The position numbers and the translations under genes are program-made. A stretch of 64,000 nucleotides of DNA from Iphione sp. A-MEVVRFRX5 (Eukaryota). The stretch is taken from contig OZ320316.1 in the NCBI GenBank assembly GCA_976226885.1, positions 88,102,001 to 88,166,000 of the forward strand. Reading direction: 5' to 3'. The notes beneath the pieces are model-generated. The model had not been told where the DNA came from, ran no database searches, and saw only the letters and a list, made by a program, of their open reading frames with translations. This document shows, in pieces, positions 27,958 through 38,834 of this stretch (the stretch's first letter is position 1; every line of letters begins with the position of its first letter).

Positions 27958-28024
27958 CCAATTTGTAATTGTAAGTGTAGCAATTGTAAGTGTAGCAATT
28001 TGTAAGTGTAACAATTTGTAATTG
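27958..28024. repeat. Minisatellite, 15-16 bp unit (CAAT[T]TGTAAGTGTAG), about 3-4 degenerate copies
   Basis: caatttgtaattgtaagtgtag caattgtaagtgtag caatttgtaagtgtaa caatttgtaattg. Confidence 0.8.
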
Positions 28025-28858
28025 CCAGCTTTTAAGGCTCTTTGGAGCGTCATGCCAGTAGAATTGGTGATAGCTGAACTGTAGAGACTCAGCAGTCGAA
28101 TATTTCTAATGACGGAGACATCCTGTCCACCAAGTAATTGAGACTGGTCATTCCGGGTCACCGGCCATCTTCCTTAACGACATCACCCTCTGCTTGACGC
28201 GGAGGTGAGGATGGTGTACTGATGACACGTCCGACTATCTATTGATTCCATTCAGGAATTAATGGCCCAGATAAATCTGATCGAGTTGGCAATAACCTAC
28301 GCTAATAACACTTAGCTTGCCAGCCCGGCCTTCCTTCAGCTACTCAATCTCTTACACAAGTACATGTACCTGTCCCTCGCCTTGCTTTTTGTAGTAATGT
28401 AGGAATGTTTGTTAGGATGTCACTTATTCGAGGAAGTTCCAAACGATTAGGTACATACTTCCGTAAATCATATTTCGTCATAATCCTGACGCAAAGCAGT
28501 ACAGTGCAGCGAAATTAATACTCCAGTAAGTAGCTTATTGCTTGAACGTAACGCTTAATTTTAATGGTGACTTCATTCTATTCCATTGTTATTCCGCAAA
28601 ACACGGCATGACACTTTCATTGCCGTAGTAAGACCAGAGCTTTAAGCGATGCAACCTTTCGTTGCATTCTTCATGTGGTTAATGCCAAGTTATTGATGAC
28701 TCAATGTAAAAAATGGCTTGCATTTCCATTCCCGTCCTTTGAAACGAGAGTTAGAATCGGATAGCGGCACGGGTCGACTGATAGCGCGAGGCATTACAGT
28801 TCTATAACTTGATGCCACCATTAGCACCAGCACTGAAGGCCTAATTTTATTATTTCAG

Positions 28859-28922
28859 ATCCCGATAGTTGCCTCCAGGTATCATCTCGTCAACTTGCAG
28901 CTCACAGCATTGTTGGCCCCAG
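28859..28922 (+). other. Candidate isolated 64-nt exon (host transcript unknown)
   Basis: Acceptor ctaattttattatttcag| at 28858 and donor CCCCAG|GTAAGA at 28922. Two of three frames are open (IPIVASRYHLVNLQLTALLAP; PDSCLQVSSRQLAAHSIVGP). No recognised protein. Confidence 0.3.
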
Positions 28923-31424
28923 GTAAGAAATTTCACTTCAGCGATGGAACTTAACTATCACACAGCAGAAGTTCAATCCACTCTTGATGGCTTCGATCCA
29001 TCGAGAACCAGATATTGCGACTAAATCGGTAGGCTTCTCGTGGATTTCAGAAGTGCAGTTTAATGATTTGTGCCAATTTGAGGGATTATTGCATTAAAGA
29101 TTTCTCTTCACATGGCGAAGACAGCATTTAATTTTGCTCGTCTTTAAAAACGTTCAGGCGATAAATCCATATTTAGAGCAATGTTTTAAGGTGATCGGGC
29201 ATCCATCATTTTATATAAACACTGATTTTATCAGTCGAACTTCAGACAGCCCTTGTCACTATAACTGCAACAAAATTGCTATTGGCCGGTTATACTTTTG
29301 TCTCCAAAGCTACGTCAATGAAAGAAGGAAAAGAGGTTTAAAATTTTTCATGTTCAGAGAAGCCAAAACAAAAAACACAATTTAGATCTATAGTATAGGT
29401 TCCTGGAAAAGTAATATGTCAAAGCAAAAGTAATGGGGTGGGCATTTTCTCTCATACTTCACGGCTAATAATGCCTCTGGCACTATCATATCTATTTTCA
29501 TTTTATCCTGAAATGCAAAAGAGATTAATTTACCGGCATCTCCTATGTAGGAATTATATTGTGCATTACCACTCCCGCCATGGAAGCGCCACAGCAGAAA
29601 ATAATGAGATTCAGACCACACGTTGTAGGAGGCCACTCCGAAAGACCCTGGAGGCGTGAACGGCACCATCATCATCCATCCCCTGGAGACCCCTACCTCA
29701 AGCCCATGCCCCCGCCCGCCCCCTGCAATCAATGCGACTTAACGCTTTAATCCTTTGCTTCAAGTCGCCTTTGCACGCGGTTACATTTCACCTGCACGTA
29801 AGGCTATCTCTCGAAATAAGAAAAGAGCATTCCAAATCGGCATTCGCGTCGTTAAGCTCTCGTAATTCCAAAACTGTGTAACTATTTTGCATCAAGTATG
29901 TTCAACAAAGACAATGGAGAAGGTAGATGTACCAGTGTTATTTATGATGATGTTGCTACTGAACACTGCACAAACATTTGCAAATTCTTACCGTGGATCA
30001 GCATTGGATATCGGTGTGCAAATGTCTCTTCCGAGCAACTGGAAACAAGCGATATTCGTGGGGGATTTAAATCTCATAACCACGGCTTCTAAATAGCCTT
30101 TCCGAGTTGGACGTCTGTCACAAATAAAGAGCATGTAGAATGTCTCCTCGATGGCATATATGATCACGGCGAAGGGCTGTTAAGATGGAGTAAATCGTCT
30201 TTAGGTAATGACAAATGCTTGGCGCGGATGACGTTCATGACGTCTCTTTCTTCACACGAATGACTTTTTCATCCACCTACATATCTCAGCGAAGGCCCTC
30301 CAAAATGAATCGGCATTGAATTTCTGGCAAACACATTCACTGGAAAAATAAAACCACCGAGCCACATATAGGCGGAATTGTATACATGTACTTACAGTGC
30401 AAACAACACCGACTTATTTGGCCACAAAATAACTCATGTTTCGTATCTGACTTTTATTCTCTTTGCTAGTGTCCAAGCGGCGTTTAGATGCTATTGCTCT
30501 GTGATGAAAACTTTACAATGAAGGTTAATTTCTATATGATCTCAAAAGTATATAAAACAGACTTGAGTGGAAATATATGAACGTGTACATAAATGCATGT
30601 AAATTGAAAGTGCTATATGTGAGATGCATGTACATGTATTTATTTTGTACGTGGAATCGTCCTATTCAAACCGTCGTGCCAACAACTTTTGGCTTCATTT
30701 CGCACATAAAATAGAAATCTTTACTTAATTTGAGAACTCGGGGTCAAACACACCCACCCTCCCTTACCAGTCAGTTGGAAGTACAAAATTTAATGTTTAG
30801 GATAAAACAATTTGTGCATTTTATCCTAATGTTTTTATGAACTGACAGAGAGTGAGGCAATATGTATGGAAATCTCGAGACTGGAAACTGGAAGAGTATG
30901 ATACAAATATAATTGAACGTCCCTGCGCAGCCTCTGCGCTGACACCATGTATACCAAATGGACGCCCAATACGTATAACTGCTCTAGTCGATAAACCATT
31001 TGTACCTGCATTGGCATATTCTATGCGTGTGTGTGTGTTTTATGTCCGAGCATTGCTACAATACACGGATACAGTGCGTTCAAAATTCGCTGTTGGTGAA
31101 TCTGTCTCTTTGTGAACACATCTGTCTAGGTCTTTCTTTGGCTGTGATTAAATTTGCCCAACGTTTACGTCTGATTTTCTGAAAAGGAGAAGTGAACGTC
31201 GGGGCCATGCTCCACAGGTGCTGCTGATCCTCCATCCTCACGAGGTCGCCCTCCCTTATTGACCGTCATGTTAAACACTACCATCAAGAATCACATAATG
31301 AGGGCCTGCTACAGTGGACACACTATGATGGATAAGGTCAGCTTGGTGACTTATTGATCCTGGGTAGAGCTAGCAGCCAGACCTACCCCTCACCTAGCGC
31401 CGTCAGCCAATACGCCTGCCTCCC

Positions 31425-31457
31425 GGGTGGGGGTGGGGGGTGGGGGCGGGCGGGGGG
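31425..31457 (+). other. Strong G-quadruplex-forming motif
   Basis: GGG-T-GGGGG-T-GGGGGG-T-GGGGG-C-GGG-C-GGGGGG: six G-tracts with 1-nt loops. Confidence 0.7.
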
Positions 31458-33484
31458 AGGCAGCACCCAATTTTACAGTCATCGTAAAAGGCACGCCTTC
31501 GTCTTGTCATTCCTTTCCCAGCAAACTCCCTCCGATCCTAATGACGTTGCTTCCGTGTTTCATGATTGCTTCTATCGACTAATCTTTGAGCTGCTCCATT
31601 GCTCGATGTGAACCTTTAGAAATATGCTCATCTCCTCCGCGCCGCCTTTCAGCGTTAGAATATTCCTGCTCACGTCGAATTGAGTTCCCTTCCGCGGCCA
31701 TCGGCTGGAACTGTCGATGCTTTCCGCAGATTGCCTTCCGCGGAAATGTACTCTTAGTTTGATGATATTCCGCCACCCATAAGCAGCACGCTGACGTAGA
31801 TGGACGTCGACGTCACCATGGACATGTAAGTAACCATGGTGATCGTGACTGGCATGGTAACTAGGAAGGTTTCTAGGATGACCTGAATGCGTCGTGGGCA
31901 ATGCGGCTGGCAGAAAATGTTGTATAAGTGGGCAGAACGATATGAGGAGGCAAGAAGGAAAGCAGAAGTGAGAGGGGACTAGGGGAAGGAAAAATGAAGG
32001 GAAGGTTCGGGGAAAGAGTCGGAGTGCGCCTGATGAGAATACGACGCTATACCAATGACTAGGGTCTCGCGCGGTGGGACGCTGACATGTGGCGCTGACA
32101 ACTGGCTGCGACAGCTACCAAGGTGGGCGCGGCGCCCGCTGACACCTCGGCAGCCAACCGACCACGGAGAACAGGTGTGCCGCATCAGATTCTGCCATTT
32201 CAGGAGCACGAGGTGTTATCTGGTGAGCCAGTAACCGCAGCTGCTGAATTTTCTTGGCCGCAATGCGGCCTGCAGAGAGTAGGAAATGCACTGGTTGGCT
32301 CACCAAAACAGTGTTTTCTGTCAGCGTCATTTTCTCGCAGGAAAGAAGTCCTTTACATGAATGCGATATGATTTTCCCTGTCTTTAAATGAAGCAAAATG
32401 GAAAATTACATACTGCAGAATTATCCTGTGGTTAAAACCGACAATCATACAATTCATCACAAGCGCCCTTCTTTAACTGGCTGTCCCGAAATCGATGTTG
32501 TGCAGACCTGTTCAGAATCTTTTTCATTATTACACTTGGCTCCTTGGACCTCTGAAATCCTATTCGCTCCGGAGTGACAGCCAATTCAGGCCGTATCAGG
32601 GAGGGGCAGACATGACGGCGGTTGGGCTTGTGTGGTCACGGTACCTACCGGAGACAATACATATAAAGTGACCACTGTCCAATCGAGATCAGACTCATAT
32701 TTCCCTATTGACAAGGCATATTGTGACTGCATCGCGGCAAGCGCCGGAGAGGTCTGCGGTCCGCGTCTATCATGGGACGCTCGCCCAGGGGAGCCATAAA
32801 CCCTACGACTAGTGACATAGCAATATGCGCCGCCACCACACGCGATCCGCCGCGTGAGGTCCGAGTCATGGATAGTGGTCAACACAGGAGAGATGTAGGG
32901 AAGAACAAGGTCAACTCAATCCTACTCCACAGGGACCCTACTTCATAAAACTTGTGTCAAACATCAGGAATAAAAACGGCGCTTATTTTTAACATACTGC
33001 GACTGCGAGAATTACCCTCAACTCTCGTTTAGGAGACCACCTCTGGAACTAAAAGATAGAAATACATGTGTTTGGTACCAGTAAAAACTAGTTTCTATTG
33101 AGGTCTCGTGTCACTTGTGATCCGTGAGAAGCAACACGGCAAGAGTTGAAGCAGAGCTTTCATACCCGGAGCTATTGGCGTTATATACCTCTCACCTCGG
33201 GAAGAAATATCATTCTGCACGAGCAGCCATGCTGCAATATGAGCCTGTGTGTAGTGTCATACGTCGCCATAGGCCATATTTTATGTCCAGGCTGTGGCGG
33301 GCCTCCGCAAGACACCCACTCGTTAATTGGGCGTGCAGCTATATATCATACGGCGTCTAGGTGCCCCCTCCGTGGGAGAGGTGATACGCCGCCCACCGCT
33401 GAAATCAAATCAGATCCTTGCCCTGATCAGACAACGCATGTAGATTTCCCCGAACAATTCCCGTAATCTGGGATTCTCCGATGC

Positions 33485-33577
33485 GGGTCAGAGGTCTCCG
33501 GAAAAGATGGCTACCATGTGACCTCCGCATAGTGATGCTAGGTCAGCGTATAATAGCCTGCTCCCCCAACTGGGTCA
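33485..33577. promoter_or_regulatory. Cluster of nuclear-receptor half-sites including a near-perfect DR1
   Basis: GGGTCA-G-AGGTCT (33485-33497), TGACCT (33519-33524), AGGTCA (33540-33545), GGGTCA (33572-33577). Confidence 0.3.
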
Positions 33578-35639
33578 TTTGGCTGATCGGCGTGTATGGC
33601 GCGTGTGGTTGGGCATTGTGGCTAACAAGGATTTGTGGGGATGAAAACCACCGGGAAGGCTTTTCAAGGTTACATGCAGTATTGTCTCCAGCGTGATCGA
33701 TCAGGCTCCAGAGAAATAATGTGATCAGAGCAGGCTTGGCAGATCTGTAGGGAGTTTCCTTCTACCGGGAGGGGCCTACCTTCCAAATAAGTCACATTCG
33801 ATGAACGATGCGCGCGCTTCTTACAATCAAAAATTATACATTTTTGCTTGGTCTTTATCTGAAGGCTGTGACATTTAAGAGAGAGTATCCATATAATTAT
33901 CCAGGCTGAGTATGCTCGGGCCTTGAGGGGGCGATGGGTGTGAGAGGGTGGTGAACTGATCTAGGGAAGTCTTGCCGGAGGTATGTGGTGCTGTTCTATC
34001 AACCCCTTCACCAATAGAGGTCCTCGCTCGCGCTTTCTTCCATACCCACTTTGCATCCAATAACCTACTCAGTCAATTCCCGCATTTATCTCGACGCTTG
34101 AAGCCCAAAGACCCTTTCTCCCAGCTTCAGATAGAACGAATCAATTAGGGGAATTGTATTTGCCCTACTTTTCTGCGACGTGATGTAGGATCTCTGATTT
34201 AACATTTCATCCCAGTGATGAACTGTTTCTTCGCTATTTCTGCGTGGTTGCCTTCCGACAAATAGAGGGAAAGCGGTAGATGTGCCTAGTTGTTTGACGC
34301 GTATCCTAATTGCCACAGTCCTCATTCTACAGCAAATCTACATCAGAGAGCGCCTAAAAAGATCACATGTTTCTGGCTGCAGGAAAATCAATAGTAGCGC
34401 CTGGCTTGTCTTTGTCTATTCCATCTGTAACGCCTGATTTTACTCCAGTGGAATATGCCTTGTCTTTGGGACAGCCTACAGTCATCGCTCTAAGGAGTCG
34501 ATAGATCTTCTATTTAAAGTTTTGTCGACTACCCTGGCGTCGCACTCTTTACGAATACTAAATACTCCGAATCCGACTTCAAAGATGAAATTGTCAGCTG
34601 CGAATTTATCAAAACAATAGATATCTCATTACAAGATAAATGGCATTAAAGTGAGTCGAGAACACTCGTAGATGAAAGCTACCGAAGGTGGTAGATGATG
34701 AAATCATCAAATGTTCTAAGCATGCGCATAGTTCTTTCACTGCCTTGTATTAGATAGGCCGTATTCCTATGCATATTGAGGGAAAAGTTTGAGCTAATCA
34801 TATCCGTCAATTTGTATGGGCAGATAGGCAGGTAATTTAGTAACTTCGTATGCTGGCTATTTGAACACAGGTGCCAGAGCTAGCGCTGGATGCATTTTTT
34901 CCACCTGAGAATGTCCAACTGAGCGTGGTCTACTGGGGGAATGTGAGTAGTCGCTGAAATGGGGATGCAGGTACTTCAGGAAACGGTGAGTGGCTAACTG
35001 AGATTAATGACGTATTAAACTTCACTCGATAGCAGACGGGAAATAGTCACTCACCCGAGATAGAAAGTCGTTCTGTCCGTAACATGGCCAGCCGCCCAAT
35101 GACCACATGGGAAATATGGTGAATGCCCACACGTACCCGTGGGAAAGTAATGCGGGTCCGAATGTAACACCCTACTTTGCGCCATGTTTGAAGTTGACCA
35201 GGGACTCTGATTGGTTGTACCCAAGTATTAGAAATACTTACTGTCAATTTGGCAATAAGTTAATGGCTGAGAACTCAGGCCGTTTGGTGTAACGATGCCA
35301 GTAATAGTGATGTTAGGATAGGCTCAGGTTTTAGGGGTCGAACAGTTCCTCCCCGCCAGCCAGGCAAATATGTTTATGGCTGTTTATTCCCATCTGTTTC
35401 TGTCATATGCTCTGCCAAAGCTCTATTAACGATAGTACACTGGTAGTTGATCTAATTTCATAAAGTACACAGAACAGGAAGTACATGTGCATGCATTATA
35501 CTAGATCACTCACAAGTAGGGAACTTTTGTACAGCATACTACTATCTATCCCAATAAGGACGGGCCCATGGTGTCTTTTGTGGTAGTTCAGGATGGCGCC
35601 TGTTTGAAGTGTTGTACCATACATGCAGAAAACACATTA

Positions 35640-35837
35640 CATGCCAAATACATGAATAATACATGCAAACTCACCGGATACGTGTAAATATACATCTATT
35701 CTGTGTGTACTCATGAGTAATTCATGTATTTGGCATGCATTTGGTGTGTACATGTATCCTTAAGGATACATGCCATCCTGGATGGTGTATCCTTAAGGAT
35801 ACACGCCAGAATACACGGTGTATCCTTAAGGATACAT
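35640..35837. repeat. Inverted repeat followed by three tandem perfect palindromes (probable non-autonomous DNA element remnant)
   Basis: 18-bp perfect IR CATGCCAAATACATGAAT (35640-35657) / ATTCATGTATTTGGCATG (35720-35737). Palindromes with core GTATCCTTAAGGATAC at 35751-35772 (22 bp), 35785-35804 (20 bp) and 35819-35836 (18 bp), period 33 bp. Confidence 0.8.
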
Positions 35838-36004
35838 GTCATCCTCAGTTGGCTATTACTGGGAATTGCCCCTACTCTTTTTTTAAATAGGTTTCTGGGA
35901 TATTTTTGTTCATAAGAGAGAGAATCCTATACACCCATAGCCTTTTTATGAATTATGGACTACTCAGGGTTAGGGCTATAGTAAATCTATCTGGTCATGA
36001 TCAA

Positions 36005-36079
36005 GAGTACCAGGCCTAGGATTGAACCTGCAACCTCTCAATCAGTGGACCAGTGCTCTACCAACTGAGCTAACTCTAC
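36005..36079 (-). mobile_element. tRNA-derived SINE head or tRNA pseudogene
   Basis: Minus strand has an A box and D arm TAGCTCAGTTGGTAGAGC (36072-36055) and a B box GGTTCAATCC (36028-36019) at tRNA-like spacing. The anticodon, T and acceptor stems pair poorly, so it is not a functional tRNA. Confidence 0.7.
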
Positions 36080-36780
36080 AACCAATTCATATAGGTTCAT
36101 TCATTTCAGTCATTAAGTCTGGAGAAAGCACAGTCCATATAAGGGGAAAATGATCGAGTCAAATCTATAACTTATGTTAACATTACTGGTAGACATTAGG
36201 TCTCCAACATATACATATACATGCACTGTTTTGTAAAAGAAAAATAAATGACCGGCAGCCAAAATGTAGCAGAAGGGTAGGCATGTGTACTTTATCAAAA
36301 CTGTATTTCTAAAGTTATCTAATTCTCTCAATTAAATCATTACAACGTCTATGAAAGAGTAACACATGAAAATTATATAGCATCTCACTTTCTGATTGTG
36401 ATAGAATTGCTAAACAGGTTCAAACTACTACACAGTATTCAGCTTCAGAATGTCTCGCAAGATGGGTGCAGGAGACTGAGGTTTGTGTTACCTTTCTTGT
36501 AACTACTTCCAGCTTCCCTCGGAGGTGCTATGCATCTGAATGATCCTGAACGATTTGCACCACTACTACAGGAGAAACTCACTTTGTGACCTCCTCACTT
36601 TGTGACCAAATCGACTACAGGAGAAACTCACTTTGCGACCTTATCACTTTGCGACCAAATCGACTATTGCGACCATTTTGGGTCGGAACGAAATTATTTT
36701 TAGTACATTTCCTATGTAAGAGGAACTCACTTTGCGACCATATTGCTTTGCAACCAAATTCACCCTGCGACCACACCTCC

Positions 36781-37028
36781 TAGGGTCATTTTTAGTACAT
36801 TTTAATATCACTTTGCGACCGACCCTGGAGGGGTGAGGCGGACCACACACCTTAGGGTCGTTTTCAGTACATTTTAATATCACTGCGACCGACCCTGGAG
36901 GGGTGAGGCCGACCACACACCTTAGGGTCGTTTTCAGTACATTTTAATATCACTGTGACCGACCCTGGAGGGGTGAGGCCGACCACACACCTTAGGGTCG
37001 TTTTCAGTACATTTTAATATCACTTTGC
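36781..37028. repeat. 70-72 bp tandem repeat (~3.4 copies) inside the inner MITE
   Basis: AGTACATTTTAATATCACT recurs at 36794, 36866, 36936 and 37006. Confidence 0.92.
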
Positions 37029-37236
37029 GGGGACTTCTTTGATGGTCTCTCACCCTGGAGGGGTAGCCCGAGAGTGGTCGCGGGCGTCAACTTTGACGAC
37101 TTTGATGGTCTCTCACCCTGGAGGGGTGAGGCCGAGAGTGGTCGTGGGGTGTCAGGAGCGTCAATGGGGACGTCTTTGATGGTCTCTCACCCTGGAGAGG
37201 GTCTCCTGTCTCTGATCTCTCACCTCTTTGAGTCAC

Positions 37237-37360
37237 TTTTAGTCATCAAATTCAGCACTTTTTGGACTTAAAGTCATCAAATTCAGCACTTTTTGGACTT
37301 TTAGTCATCAAATTCAGCACTTTTTGGACCTAAAGTCATCAAATTCAGCACTTTTTGGAC
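37237..37360. repeat. 31-bp minisatellite x4 inside the inner MITE
   Basis: Unit (T/C)T(T/A)(T/A)AGTCATCAAATTCAGCACTTTTTGGAC; AGTCATC starts at 37241, 37272, 37303 and 37334. Confidence 0.95.
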
Positions 37361-37916
37361 GTTTCATATGTTAATAAAGAGAGAGGGAGAAAGGGATATG
37401 ATTTCAAGCCCAGACCCCCATACAAAATCACTTTGCGACCATATTCAGAATTACGACCATTTTGGGCCGACCCAAGTGGTGGTCGCAAAGCGAGTTTCCC
37501 CTGTATTGCGACCATTTTGGGTCGGAACGGGAGCAATTTTAGTACATTTACTATATGATAACATATCACTTTGCAACCATATTGCTTTCCGACCAAATTC
37601 ACCATACGACCACTCATCTTAGGGTCATTTTCATTATATTTTACTATCACTTTGCGACCGCCCAGCCAGTGGTCGCGGGCGTCAACTGCAACTTCTCTGA
37701 TGTTCCTCACACCTTGGTGAGGTTGCCCAAGAGTGGTCGCGGGCGTCAACAGCGACGTCTTTGATGGTCTCTCACCCTGGAGAGGGTCTGCCGGTAGTGG
37801 TCGCGGGCGTCAACTGCAACATCTTTGATAGTCTATCACCCTGGAGAGGGTCTCCAGAGAGTGGTCGCGGGCGCGGACTGCAACGTCTTTGATGGTCTCT
37901 CACCTCTTTGAGTCAC

Positions 37917-38040
37917 TTTTAGTCATCAAATTCAGCACTTTTTGGACTTAAAGTCATCAAATTCAGCACTTTTTGGACTTTTAGTCATCAAATTCAGCAC
38001 TTTTTGGACCTAAAGTCATCAAATTCAGCACTTTTTGGAC
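37917..38040. repeat. 31-bp minisatellite x4 inside the outer MITE
   Basis: Same array and same variant order as 37237-37360, at offset 680. Confidence 0.95.
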
Positions 38041-38768
38041 GTTTCATATGTTAATAAAGAGAGAGGGAGAAAAGGATATGATTTCAAGCCCAGACCCCCA
38101 TACACAATCACTTTGCGACCATATTCAGAATTACGAGCATTTTGGGCCGACCCAAGTGATGGTCGCAAAGCGAGGTTCCCCTGTACTTGTGCTCTCCCCA
38201 ACTCACCTCTTAACTAACTTTTCCAATAGAAAGAGGTGACATTTACCATATAGATGGTATTTTAATGATCATGGTGACCAAAACTACAGTGAGCAGAAGC
38301 ATCTGCGTTGGTGGTGTCATGAGTTACAGGCCCCCCTCAGACTGCGATCAGCTCTCTAACCAGACCACCTCTACAATAGGACTGTTTTTAAGGAACAGAA
38401 TTACATACCTGTACATACATACATACACCTCTCTAGTAAAACGACTCCCCATTGTGACCACTTAGGGTCGGAACTGACGGTGGTCTTAATAGCGAGGGGA
38501 TACCGTGGTTATGTGTGAGCCTACTTGTTCCCATGTCACACTACTGTGTCCGCTGTCACTGGATGGACGTCCGTATAAATGTAAAGTTGGTGAGGCCAAA
38601 GGCGTCGTTTATGTTTTACCCCCAAAGTCATAATTTAAGTACATTACTATCTTACAATATAAATTCCACGTCTCTGAATTGATAAGAAGGTGTCATTGGA
38701 TAACGTAGAATGGACATTGCGTTGTTGCTGTGCACTGTACCATCGTGTTCCTTCTAAATGTACCTAAT

Positions 38769-38834
38769 TCTCTCTCTCTCTCTCTCTCTCTCCCTCCCTC
38801 TCTCATTTTCTCTCTCTCTCTATATATATATATA
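38769..38834. repeat. Compound (CT)n/(AT)n microsatellite
   Basis: Long interrupted CT run followed by about 7 TA units. Confidence 0.92.

Larger units (their letters stand above)
36618..37503. mobile_element. Same-family MITE, inner copy (886 bp), nested in the outer copy
   Basis: TA(36616-17)+CAGGAGAAACTCACTTTGCGACC ... GGTCGCAAAGCGAGTTTCCCCTG+TA(37504-05). Removing it restores caaatcgac-TA-ttgcgaccattttgggtcggaacg, which is the uninterrupted sequence of the inner copy itself at 36656-36690. Confidence 0.88.
36569..38183. mobile_element. Tc1/mariner (pogo/Tigger-like) MITE, outer copy (~727 bp once the inner insertion is removed)
   Basis: TA+CAGGAGAAACTCACTTTGTGACC at 36567-36591 and GGTCGCAAAGCGAGGTTCCCCTG+TA at 38161-38185: 23-bp imperfect TIRs with TA flanks. 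No transposase ORF. Confidence 0.85.

Noticed and set aside
33875-33960. Minus-strand PQGPSILSLDNYMDTL resembling RT motif PQGS.LSP.LF.IY
   Set aside because: No YADD motif downstream and no DF.KAFD upstream; a single weak motif.
35105-35144. Two CSL/Su(H)-type sites (ATGGGAA, CGTGGGAA)
   Set aside because: Same orientation rather than the inverted paired-site geometry; such 7-8-mers are expected by chance.
36781-38040. Regularly spaced repeats that superficially resemble a CRISPR array
   Set aside because: Head-to-tail tandem units without unique spacers, inside a eukaryotic MITE, and no cas genes.
38330-38495. GACCACCTCT / GTGGTCTTAATAGCGAGGGG motifs suggesting another mariner-type MITE
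   Set aside because: Termini are too degenerate to pair confidently and no TSD is evident.
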